A stretch of DNA of 64,000 bases, taken from the IMG/VR virus record IMGVR_UViG_3300011008_000050. The stretch is one strand, 5' to 3'. Source of the DNA: an uncultured virus (IMG/VR IMGVR_UViG_3300011008_000050) (Duplodnaviria; Heunggongvirae; Uroviricota; Caudoviricetes). A program made the position numbers and the translations under genes. Positions 26,713-35,196 of this stretch are shown here, piece after piece. The notes beneath the pieces are model-generated. The model saw nothing but the letters and a program-made list of their open reading frames with translations, searched no databases and was not told where the DNA came from. The stretch's first letter is position 1; each line of letters opens with the position of its first letter.

Positions 26713-28860
26713 TTATATTGTTGCGGCAGATACCGCCTTTTTCCTTTTGTGGTTGACAGGTTGCCGTGGTTTCTTGATGATGCGAGGCAAGTCCATTTCG
26801 TGGTAGCATATCTGCATACCGATGGCACGTGTCATGAGTCGGTCATCGTGGTAGCCTTCCATCGCCTCAAATCCTCCTTTCTCATTCTCGATGTATGTAA
26901 GGTATTCATTGAGGCACTCTTCTTCACGTTCGACATAGAGGTGTTCACGTACAATGGCCTTCAGGTTGTGGATGATAACCTTCTTCGTGAGCGGGTTTGT
27001 GTGGAATCCGTATTTTCTTGGCACTCCCTCGCGTATGTCTTCCGCACTCTGCTTTCGTGCGTAGAGTTGATCACCGTAAACATCGTGGATGAGCGTAAGG
27101 ATATACTCAGCCTCGCCCTTTGTGTTGTTGGTTTCAAGGGTATTGCTCTCAATGACCAGCAGCGCATTGTTATAGTATGCCGCTACCTGTGCAGCCTTCC
27201 ATGCCAGTTTATCCATGTCGATGTGTCCGTGCCATTCAGCAATGACGGAAGGCGGTTCTGCATCCATCATATATATACGGTCAATGACAAGAATGTCTGC
27301 AAAGTCTGCTTTCTCTGTCTGTCCCTTGCATACATCGACAATGACGAGGTATCGGTCAATGACTTCTTCCTCTTCATCCTTTTCAACATCTTGCCACATC
27401 CAAAAGCGGCCGTTTTCCTCTTTTCTGAATCGTAGGTTTTGCAATGCCTCTTCGCCTTCGTCTGCACGACCGTATATTTCCCCCTTCCATTTAGGAGGCT
27501 TACAAGCGTGCCGGAACTGCTCCACATCTTCATTTGCAAACACCCTACGACCTGAGAATGTGAACGCCTCGATGTCGTTTGACGGGTATTCCGAAGCCAT
27601 GTCTGCATGAGACGAATACTTTGACCTCTCCTGAATGTACCAATTGATGGCCTCCAGTGTTGCGCCCTGCTGCCACAGGCTCCAAAGGTATGTACCCGGC
27701 TGTTCACGGTCAGAGTTTGCAACCTCGTTGTGACGGTTGTTGTAGAGCCAGGCAGCGAAGGCCTCAACGGGTGATAACCCGACGGGCAAACCGCCTGGCA
27801 CACTTTCCGCTGTGATGGGTGCTGCATACTGCTCAATCTCGTACCATGCAACGAACATTGCTTCAAACTGGCTCTTTCCCAGTTTTGCCGCAAGATATTC
27901 CTTATGGAAGAAGTTTCCTGTGCCGTTAGCCGTTGACTCATATACAATCATGGTGTAAGGCTTCAGGAGAATACCCGAACATGCGGAGCGCACAATCTGC
28001 TCAGGTGTCTTGCCGTCGGTCTTTTTCCATAGCCCGACCTCTGTGCAGTGTACCAGGTTGTAGTCACCACCACGGGCAGAGTCAGGCTTCTCGGCGGTTC
28101 CAATCTTGATTTTGCAATTTCGTTGTGGTATTCGGTGTATGTTTCCGCTGTTTCCAACCCCTACCAGTTTCGCCTCGTTCTCGTTGTATTCCTCCCCCAA
28201 CTTGTATAACATTTCGGTTGGGTATGCCTTAATCATGCGGTCGAACATGTCCTTTACCTCATTGGAGGCATCCTTGACGTGACCGACGATGAGGGAGTTG
28301 AGGCCGACTTTGTGTATGAGTTGCAGCCATGCCATGTAGATTTGCGTAGCCGTAGAGCCACCCCACTGACGAGCCTTTAGCAGAATAAGACGAATAGGCT
28401 TTCCGGCCAGCCTCATCTTCTCGAATCGTGCAATCAGCTTCCGTTGTGGCCTATTGAGCCGGAAATGCACATCTTCACCCCCTCCCTTGTTTTTAATGAA
28501 GACGTAGAGAGCCGCCCAAAAGGCAAAGTCGTATCTGCATCTGATACGCACAAGTTGCTCAACAACCTTGTGATGCTCTTCGTCTGTGACCTCTGCCCCC
28601 ATATCTTCCAGCCATTGGTCTATAGAACCAGCCTCTACGATTTGCCGCACCAACGGCACTTGCATCATTTGCTTTGGTATGTACTGAACAGGAAGGTTGA
28701 AGTCTGCTATTTCAATCTTCACCCTTTCTCCTATAGAGCCTTCTCCCGTGATGGGATTGAACTTGGCACATACCAGCGCATTGCGACGTTGGTTTTCGGC
28801 TATGATGTGTTTAATCTCGGCGGCAAAACCGCCAGACACACTACTTTCTACTGTTGACAT
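26713..28860 (-). CDS. terL: Terminase large subunit
   Basis: LKARQWGGST Walker A, HCTEVG Walker B variant, YESTANG motif III, nuclease domain VDV...D and HDDRLM. Confidence 0.92.
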   Translation of the reverse strand: MSTVESSVSGGFAAEIKHIIAENQRRNALVCAKFNPITGEGSIGERVKIEIADFNLPVQYIPKQMMQVPLVRQIVEAGSIDQWLEDMGAEVTDEEHHKVVEQLVRIRCRYDFAFWAALYVFIKNKGGGEDVHFRLNRPQRKLIARFEKMRLAGKPIRLILLKARQWGGSTATQIYMAWLQLIHKVGLNSLIVGHVKDASNEVKDMFDRMIKAYPTEMLYKLGEEYNENEAKLVGVGNSGNIHRIPQRNCKIKIGTAEKPDSARGGDYNLVHCTEVGLWKKTDGKTPEQIVRSACSGILLKPYTMIVYESTANGTGNFFHKEYLAAKLGKSQFEAMFVAWYEIEQYAAPITAESVPGGLPVGLSPVEAFAAWLYNNRHNEVANSDREQPGTYLWSLWQQGATLEAINWYIQERSKYSSHADMASEYPSNDIEAFTFSGRRVFANEDVEQFRHACKPPKWKGEIYGRADEGEEALQNLRFRKEENGRFWMWQDVEKDEEEEVIDRYLVIVDVCKGQTEKADFADILVIDRIYMMDAEPPSVIAEWHGHIDMDKLAWKAAQVAAYYNNALLVIESNTLETNNTKGEAEYILTLIHDVYGDQLYARKQSAEDIREGVPRKYGFHTNPLTKKVIIHNLKAIVREHLYVEREEECLNEYLTYIENEKGGFEAMEGYHDDRLMTRAIGMQICYHEMDLPRIIKKPRQPVNHKRKKAVSAATI

Positions 28861-29410
28861 GGTGAGCGGGGGAGTTGAGGAAGCCGACCAACAGCCCGGC
28901 AACGTAGCAGTAGATGTGTATGGTGTTATTGGGCGTGGCTATGGCATAGCCGCATACGGAACAGATGGGTGGCAGCGTGAATCCAATAGCGATGAAGGAT
29001 AATACCCATGTATGGAAAAGGCGTTTGTGTTTGACCTGAAATGCAATCTGCCCGAGCAGGGAGAAACAAACGGCAGAGAGGCCTACGGTGGGAACGTCGG
29101 CGACAAAACCGCCGAACACACTGCTGGTGGTGTCGATAGGGAAGGTGACGGCAGTGATGTAGGCAATGATGAGTGATGAGATGGAAATGTCGTAGATGAA
29201 GACGATGGAAAGCAGACACCAACAATTGATGAGTGCATGAGGCATGGATGCATGGAAGAAAGAATAGGTGAGCCGTGCAAATATGGGACAACCCTTATAG
29301 ATGGCGACATCAGCGAGTGGAAACCTCGCTGCCCACTGAACAGCCGAAAGCAAGAGGCAGATGACCGTCAGAATAAGTGTCGTAGTTTTCGTTTTCTTTC
29401 TTCGTACCAT
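28841..29410 (-). CDS. Rhomboid-family intramembrane serine protease
   Basis: Multiple TM segments; FFHA...HALIN, VGLS (GxS) and the late H in NNTIHIY. Confidence 0.7.
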   Translation of the reverse strand: MVRRKKTKTTTLILTVICLLLSAVQWAARFPLADVAIYKGCPIFARLTYSFFHASMPHALINCWCLLSIVFIYDISISSLIIAYITAVTFPIDTTSSVFGGFVADVPTVGLSAVCFSLLGQIAFQVKHKRLFHTWVLSFIAIGFTLPPICSVCGYAIATPNNTIHIYCYVAGLLVGFLNSPAHHVNSRK

Positions 29411-29802
29411 TTCCTTTTTGCTTTACAGATAATAACCTTTGCCGAACCTGGTGTGAGATAGAATTTTGGTGCTGGTTGCTTTACCACATTGAAAGCAATG
29501 TCAAATAGAGAGAGCCACGGTTTTTCCTTCTTCAACTTCATAGCCCTTCTGTATATTTCCCTGAACATTTCCCTTTTGTTCGGTCTCATTGATGATAGCC
29601 TGTCGCCTCTCATCATGGATGCAATGACGATAGCCGCACGTCCTTCACTCACCCAAAAGCGAGCCGACGGCATGTTGACGATTTCTTCATAGATGAGTGG
29701 CATAGAGATGAAATCTGTTTTTTCTATGAGCAGATGATAAGCCCTCATCAGGTCTTTGTCTCTCTCTTGCTCATATTCAAATTTGCTTCCGTGGGGTTTC
29801 AT
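29368..29802 (-). CDS. Hypothetical basic phage protein (possible DNA-binding/regulatory)
   Basis: MKPHGSKFEYEQERD... basic helical protein with repeated PA/SxRF(W/Y) motifs; downstream of a - strand TATCTTTG at 29850-29843. Confidence 0.6.
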   Translation of the reverse strand: MKPHGSKFEYEQERDKDLMRAYHLLIEKTDFISMPLIYEEIVNMPSARFWVSEGRAAIVIASMMRGDRLSSMRPNKREMFREIYRRAMKLKKEKPWLSLFDIAFNVVKQPAPKFYLTPGSAKVIICKAKRKWYEERKRKLRHLF

Positions 29803-29861
29803 GGCTTTTGTTGACATGGTGGCAAAACCGTCATTCACTTTGCAAAGATAGTGGAAACGAC

Positions 29862-29906
29862 GGTTAATAGATAAAAGTGAGAAATGGTAAATGGTGCTTA
29901 TCTTTG
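29862..29906 (+). promoter_or_regulatory. Promoter of scaffold/capsid operon with 17-bp upstream box
   Basis: GGTTAATAGATAAAAGT-N20-TATCTTTG. Confidence 0.7.
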
Positions 29907-29937
29907 CCATGAAAAATTTACAAAACCATTATTATAT

Positions 29938-30735
29938 ATGGAAGGTGTTGAAAATAAACAAGTTAAAAGTAAACGTCAGTCTATGACTGAGCGTTTGCAG
30001 AGTCGCTATCCCGACAAAGATTTTTCTGACGAGGAATCGTTTTTTGGTCAGATTTCCGATGATTACGACGAATACGACAAGAATATAGCAGGCTACCAAG
30101 AGCGCGAGAAAGCCTTCTCGGACATGTTTACGAGCGACCCTCGCAGTGCTCGTTTCCTTACTGATTGGCGTAATGGTCAAGACCCCGTTGTGGGTTTGGT
30201 TCGCCAGTTCGGTACCGACATCAAGGATGCCATTGATGACCCTGAACGTCAGGAAGAGATAGCCGCAGCCAATAAGGAGTTTGTTGAGCGTGTAGCAAAG
30301 GAGAAAGAACTGGAAGAGACCTACCAGAAGAATCTGCAGGAGAGCCTTTCCACTTTGGAGAAGATGCAACAGGAGAGAGGCATGAGTGACGAGCAGATTG
30401 ATGCCGCTATGGAGTTTCTTCTGAACATCATCAAGGATGGTATCATAGGTAAGTTCACTCCTGAGAGTATCAACATGGCACTGAAGGCCATCAACCATGA
30501 TGCCGACGTGACAGCCGCCAACCATGAGGGTGTGGTTCAGGGCAAGAACACAAAAGTGGAAGAGAAGCTTCGCAAGCCCAAGAGTGGTGACGGTACAGCA
30601 GCCCTTAGTGGGACGAATGGCACGGCAAAACCGAGACGCACACGGGCGAGCCTTGGTGCTTTGGACAACTTCGACGATGGCACGAAGACCATTTGGGAAC
30701 GTGGCAATGAGAAGCGCAGGAGCAGCCGAGAGTAA
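29938..30735 (+). CDS. Probable capsid scaffolding protein
   Basis: Acidic coiled-coil protein directly upstream of the capsid gene; start at ATG 29938. Confidence 0.6.
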   Translation: MEGVENKQVKSKRQSMTERLQSRYPDKDFSDEESFFGQISDDYDEYDKNIAGYQEREKAFSDMFTSDPRSARFLTDWRNGQDPVVGLVRQFGTDIKDAIDDPERQEEIAAANKEFVERVAKEKELEETYQKNLQESLSTLEKMQQERGMSDEQIDAAMEFLLNIIKDGIIGKFTPESINMALKAINHDADVTAANHEGVVQGKNTKVEEKLRKPKSGDGTAALSGTNGTAKPRRTRASLGALDNFDDGTKTIWERGNEKRRSSRE

Positions 30736-30862
30736 ACCTTGCGGAAAGACCAGCGGCAAAACCGCTTGGCACAGTAAACAAGACCAGCGGCAAAACCGCT
30801 GGGCACAGTGAAGATATTGTGATTTTTAATTTTAGTAATAACCCATCAAAATTTTAACAGCA

Positions 30863-32620
30863 ATGAAGAAGATTTCAAATGCTTCTACATGGATGTTGAG
30901 CTTGCTGCTCACATTCATTGCGCTGATTAGTGGCGCATCATCGGGAGTTATGATGGCTGATGCCTCGAACCTCCCCGATGCAGGTAAAACGACAGGTGGC
31001 GATGGCGGTAATGCCGCACCTCCCACAGGTATTGCAACAGAGACGGCAGGTCGCCAGGATGGTGACCCTGATTTCTACACGAAGGACATCGACAAGCGTA
31101 TCATCAAGATTCGCCCGATGGCGACCCCTGTTGACCAGATTTCGCGTTATGCGAAGGCTCAGAGTTGCGACTCTTTCGAGGTGAAGTATTACAGCGTAGG
31201 CACCCGTCCTATCAGTTGTACTACTACACAGGCCATCAATGCACAGGTTTCAGGAGCGAGTGTAGAGTTACCAGTTGACGATGCCAATCTGTTCACGCTT
31301 GACGATACTATCCGCGTAGTCGGTGTTAAGGGTAAGTACAACGATAAGGGTGTAGCCTACGACCCTGACGATGAGAACACCCCCGACTTGGTTCTGTGTG
31401 TTTGCGGTCGTAATGACAGCACTTCCATGCCTGTAGTCTATGCCGTGAACGGCAACAAGGCAGCTGACGGTCAGACCATTTTCCTTCCCGCCATTCCACA
31501 GGGCACCCGTCTTGTCCGCATGGGTAAGGCTTGCGGTGAGTTGGACGTTCAGACAGGCCGCTTCAACAATATCCCGATGCCTGAGATTCAGTATTGTCAG
31601 AACTTCATGATTCAGGTTGAGCAATCGACGTTTGATAAGATTGCCGCCAAGGAAGTTGACTGGAGTTTCAGCGATATTGAGGAAGACGGTATCTATGACA
31701 TGCGACTGGCACAGGAGAACACCTTCATTTGGGGTGTGAAGAATGTCATCCGTCACACTACGAAGGATGGCATGAATACCTGGTTTACTGGTGGCATTTG
31801 GTGGATGGCCGGTAAGGACATCGAAGTTGGTGAATGGGATGCTAAGAAGCAGTGTGCCGTTATCAGCGACGAGAACCTTGTTGACATCAGTAAGGATTTG
31901 TTTGTCGGTACTGGCATTGGCAACAAGCGTAAGATTCTTCTTTGCGGTAGTGACCTGCTTGCCGCTTTCTCTAAGATTAAGAGTGAGAAGTTCCGTCTGA
32001 AGGACACTGTTGAGGTATGGAACCTGAAGTTCAAGAGTTGGGAGACAGACTTCGGTGAGATTCTGACGATTCATCATGAGTTGTTCGACCTGAACGGCAT
32101 GAGTGACTGCGGTTTCGCCATGGACCCCGAATACCTGACGAAGAAGACTCACGTAAGTTGGAGTCGCAACATTCTCGACTTGAAGAAGGCTGGTGTTCGC
32201 AACACCAATGCTGTGGTTATTCAGGAGGTTGTCTGCCTGTACCTGCGCTATGCGAAAGCACACGCAAGATTGCGCCTTGCCACGGCTTCAAGTGCCGAAG
32301 CTTCAGGGTCTAATGAGCAGACGCAGGAGCAGGCTCAGGAGCAGGCTCAGGAGCAGACGCAGCAGAAGGTTGCCACTCCTACATTCTCTCCGGCTGCATG
32401 GGCTGACGCTTCTGCCGACCAGGTTGTTGAACTGGCTTGCGATACTGATTCTGCCACTATCTACTACACTACGGATGGCAGCACACCTACCAGTGAATCT
32501 ACAGCCTACAATGCAACGAATAAGATTACGCTGAGCGCAACGACAACCATTAAGGCCATTGCCATGAAGGACGGCATGACTGATAGTGACGTAGCCAGCA
32601 AGACTTATACGAAAGCGTGA
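30863..32620 (+). CDS. Major capsid protein with N-terminal hydrophobic helix and C-terminal Ig/FN3-associated domain
   Basis: Position after scaffold; YCQNF...E..F.WG...TGGI core pattern; EQ(T/A)Q linker (32315-32362); VATPTFSP...IYYTTDGSTP...TTIKAIA FN3-associated motif. Confidence 0.75.
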   Translation: MKKISNASTWMLSLLLTFIALISGASSGVMMADASNLPDAGKTTGGDGGNAAPPTGIATETAGRQDGDPDFYTKDIDKRIIKIRPMATPVDQISRYAKAQSCDSFEVKYYSVGTRPISCTTTQAINAQVSGASVELPVDDANLFTLDDTIRVVGVKGKYNDKGVAYDPDDENTPDLVLCVCGRNDSTSMPVVYAVNGNKAADGQTIFLPAIPQGTRLVRMGKACGELDVQTGRFNNIPMPEIQYCQNFMIQVEQSTFDKIAAKEVDWSFSDIEEDGIYDMRLAQENTFIWGVKNVIRHTTKDGMNTWFTGGIWWMAGKDIEVGEWDAKKQCAVISDENLVDISKDLFVGTGIGNKRKILLCGSDLLAAFSKIKSEKFRLKDTVEVWNLKFKSWETDFGEILTIHHELFDLNGMSDCGFAMDPEYLTKKTHVSWSRNILDLKKAGVRNTNAVVIQEVVCLYLRYAKAHARLRLATASSAEASGSNEQTQEQAQEQAQEQTQQKVATPTFSPAAWADASADQVVELACDTDSATIYYTTDGSTPTSESTAYNATNKITLSATTTIKAIAMKDGMTDSDVASKTYTKA

Positions 32621-32660
32621 GTCAATCCTTGCGGCAGAACCGCAAGGCACACTAACCAAC

Positions 32661-32697
32661 AGAGGGGCGGACGTGAGCAAACGCCCGTCCCTCTTTC
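32661..32697 (+). terminator. Possible terminator after capsid gene
   Basis: AGAGGGGCGGACG...CGCCCGTCCCTCT-TTC imperfect GC stem. Confidence 0.45.
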
Positions 32698-32727
32698 GTA
32701 ACTGAAAAACTTAAAAATCAATTTGAC

Positions 32728-33222
32728 ATGTTGAAGAAATATAAATCGAAGAGCTGTGTCAGTCTGAGTGTAATACTTCCTACAGGAGGAACGACACACA
32801 TCAGCTTCAACCCCGTCACAGGTGGTGGCAGTGTATTTTACACTGACAACGCCAAGATACAGGCTGGACTGGAGAAACATCCGAAATTTGGAAGATTGTT
32901 CACGCTTGATGTTGCTGCGGCAGTGCCACAGCCTACGGAACAGCATCGGACAGGCAAAGCCGTAGAGACTAAGCCTAAGAATGTGGAGCAGCCCGTCCCC
33001 AAGGGTGACAACGTGCTACAGAATGGTGATGATTCGGACGGGAAAACCGTCAGACACTCTACCGATGATGAAGTTGAGTTGAAGCCTGTTGAAATGAGTT
33101 GTAACGATGATGCGAAGGACTATCTTGTTGACAAGTTCGGCATCAGCCGCACAAAACTTCGCAACCGCACTCAGATTGAAGAGGCTGGCAAGGCTAAGGG
33201 CATCAAGTTTGTGTGGGTGTAA
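32728..33222 (+). CDS. Hypothetical virion-associated protein
   Basis: 164-aa ORF in the structural operon. Confidence 0.65.
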   Translation: MLKKYKSKSCVSLSVILPTGGTTHISFNPVTGGGSVFYTDNAKIQAGLEKHPKFGRLFTLDVAAAVPQPTEQHRTGKAVETKPKNVEQPVPKGDNVLQNGDDSDGKTVRHSTDDEVELKPVEMSCNDDAKDYLVDKFGISRTKLRNRTQIEEAGKAKGIKFVWV

Positions 33223-33272
33223 ATCTCGTGGCAGAACCGCGAGGCACATTACCGTAACAGAAAGGCAGGAAT

Positions 33273-33902
33273 ATGACATACGATGTTTCAGATTTAATGG
33301 CAGAAATCCGTATTGCTCTTGACCAGAACATGAGCAGCACGGCACTTGCAGATTTGGCTGACATTGACACGCTTTCCTTGGATGAACTCATTGAAAGCAA
33401 GATTGCCAGTGCCGCCCGAATCGTTGAGGAACGTGCTCCGCGTGAGTTGCTTGATGGCGGTGTCCGCTTTAATACGCCTGATGGGCAGTTGCATGGACGT
33501 ATCGCGTTGCCTTCTGACTTCTTGCGTCTGCTGACATTCAAGATGAGCAGCTGGCGTCGGGCTGTAACGATGGCCATCAGTGAAGATTCCCCCCTGTATA
33601 TGCAGCAGTTTTCTGCCTATCCAGGTGTTCGCGGCAGTGCATTGAAGCCTGTGGTTGCCATCGTTCAGGATGCGGACGGTTTGGTACTGGAGTATTTCCC
33701 TCATGTGTCTTCAGACAGTGTGGAGCGTGCCCAATATGTGCCCATTCCTGTTATTAATGGTGGCTTTATCGACATCTGTGAGAAGTTGAAGCCGGCTGTG
33801 GTTTACTATGCAGCCTACTTGGTTGCGTTGGCAACCGGGCAGACAGAACAGCAGATAGCCGGTTTGCTGACGGTGGCGAAGGAGCTGGCAAGAATTTCTT
33901 GA
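33273..33902 (+). CDS. Putative head-tail adaptor protein
   Basis: 209 aa; LPSDFLRL and C-terminal AVVYYAAYLV helix typical of adaptors; structural context. Confidence 0.5.
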   Translation: MTYDVSDLMAEIRIALDQNMSSTALADLADIDTLSLDELIESKIASAARIVEERAPRELLDGGVRFNTPDGQLHGRIALPSDFLRLLTFKMSSWRRAVTMAISEDSPLYMQQFSAYPGVRGSALKPVVAIVQDADGLVLEYFPHVSSDSVERAQYVPIPVINGGFIDICEKLKPAVVYYAAYLVALATGQTEQQIAGLLTVAKELARIS

Positions 33903-33954
33903 CCCTCGCTGCAAAACAGCGGGGTGCAGTACACTAAAAAAGGATAAAAATATT

Positions 33955-34314
33955 ATGAACACATTTTATAAAGGAACAGAAATTAAGTTCAAGGTGGACT
34001 TGCAATGTGCAGGGTTCTCGATGGCCGAAGACAACTTTCAGCTGAATATAGTCAGTGGCAAGACGAGTGTAACCATTGAGCATTTATATGAAGATACTAT
34101 AGGCGGTTTCCATGAAGATGTCGTCGTTACTCCTGAAGGCTGCGGTTCGCTGTCAAAGGTTGGTGATGATTTCTACGCTTATGTAGATACTAATGTGCTG
34201 GCCGTTGGTGCAGTTAAAGTGATTGCTACGGCTCAAGTGGACGATTCGGGTGCTACAGGCGGAAAACGTCAGGAAGTGGCCGTTTGTCAGTTGTGTAATC
34301 TTGTGAATCCTTAA
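33955..34314 (+). CDS. Hypothetical structural protein (beta-rich)
   Basis: 119-aa ORF in the structural operon. Confidence 0.6.
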   Translation: MNTFYKGTEIKFKVDLQCAGFSMAEDNFQLNIVSGKTSVTIEHLYEDTIGGFHEDVVVTPEGCGSLSKVGDDFYAYVDTNVLAVGAVKVIATAQVDDSGATGGKRQEVAVCQLCNLVNP

Positions 34315-34360
34315 CTCTGCGGCAGAACCGCAGAGCACACTTGTACCAGAGATTGATAGT

Positions 34361-34681
34361 ATGGGTTGTTTGAATGTGAATATAGAGTTGGTGTCAGCGA
34401 GTGTATTGCTCGTTAGTGCCTTGTCTCCTGGGCTTACGGTAGATGCGGAATGCCTTGGCGTCATGGATGTCTCGGTCGTTCCTGAGTCACAGAGCGAATT
34501 GACATTAGCGGCCATGGACGAACCGCAGTTGTTTGTGGAAGCTGTGAATGATGGTCTTGTGGTCACTCTGTCAGAGGTCTGTTCCGTCATTAGCGACCCT
34601 ATGACTGTTCTGAGTGCCAGTGACGGTATTCTCTATGCAAGCAATGGTGACTATATCCTGCTTGATGATGAAGAAGAATGA
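34361..34681 (+). CDS. Hypothetical protein
   Basis: 106-aa acidic ORF in the structural operon. Confidence 0.55.
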   Translation: MGCLNVNIELVSASVLLVSALSPGLTVDAECLGVMDVSVVPESQSELTLAAMDEPQLFVEAVNDGLVVTLSEVCSVISDPMTVLSASDGILYASNGDYILLDDEEE

Positions 34682-34759
34682 CCCAGCGGCAAAACTGCAG
34701 GGCACAGTAAACAAGACCTGCGGCAGAACCGCTGGACATAGTAACAAAAACGGACTATT

Positions 34760-34945
34760 ATGAGCAAGCCAATAAGTAAGCTATTTCTGACCTACACAAG
34801 GCAGAAGATTCAGGAACTTCTCGACCGTGTATTTCATTTGGACTTTTTCGTTGATGTGACACAGGAAGAATATGATGCGCTCAGTGAAGAAGAAAAGAAG
34901 AACGGTAATCTTTATCTCGTTCACGAAGAAGATGAGGAAGTATGA
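34760..34945 (+). CDS. Small tail-fibre-associated protein
   Basis: VTQEEYDALS...LYLV motif common in phage upper tail-fibre proteins. Confidence 0.55.
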   Translation: MSKPISKLFLTYTRQKIQELLDRVFHLDFFVDVTQEEYDALSEEEKKNGNLYLVHEEDEEV

Positions 34946-35109
34946 AGCATAACGTATTTGACATCATAGGCTCTCATCACAAGGGCTTTAGCATATCCTC
35001 CATCTACCATGCAGGGCGACTTGTTTGGGAGGCAGTGAAGAGCTGTTTCAGTAAGGGCTGGAATAATGATGAAGGCTGGAATAATGATGAAGGCTGGAGC
35101 AATGACTGA
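34942..35109 (+). CDS. Small 55-aa hypothetical protein missed by the ORF track
   Basis: ATGA overlap with the previous stop; MKHNVF...VWEAVKSCFSKGWNNDEGWNNDEGWSND*, with an 18-nt tandem repeat. Confidence 0.6.
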   Translation: MKHNVFDIIGSHHKGFSISSIYHAGRLVWEAVKSCFSKGWNNDEGWNNDEGWSND

Positions 35110-35196
35110 CACCCAGCGGCAAAACCGCAGGGCACAGTACACAAAGCCAGCGGCAGAACCGCAGGGCACAGTGGTAACGATTTAATAATTTGAATT

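Noticed and set aside
30737..30810. Tandem hairpin pairs (also 34682, 35112, 47597) as a possible mini-CRISPR
   Set aside because: Only two units each, spacers about 10 nt and similar to each other, and no cas genes. They belong to the dispersed hairpin family.
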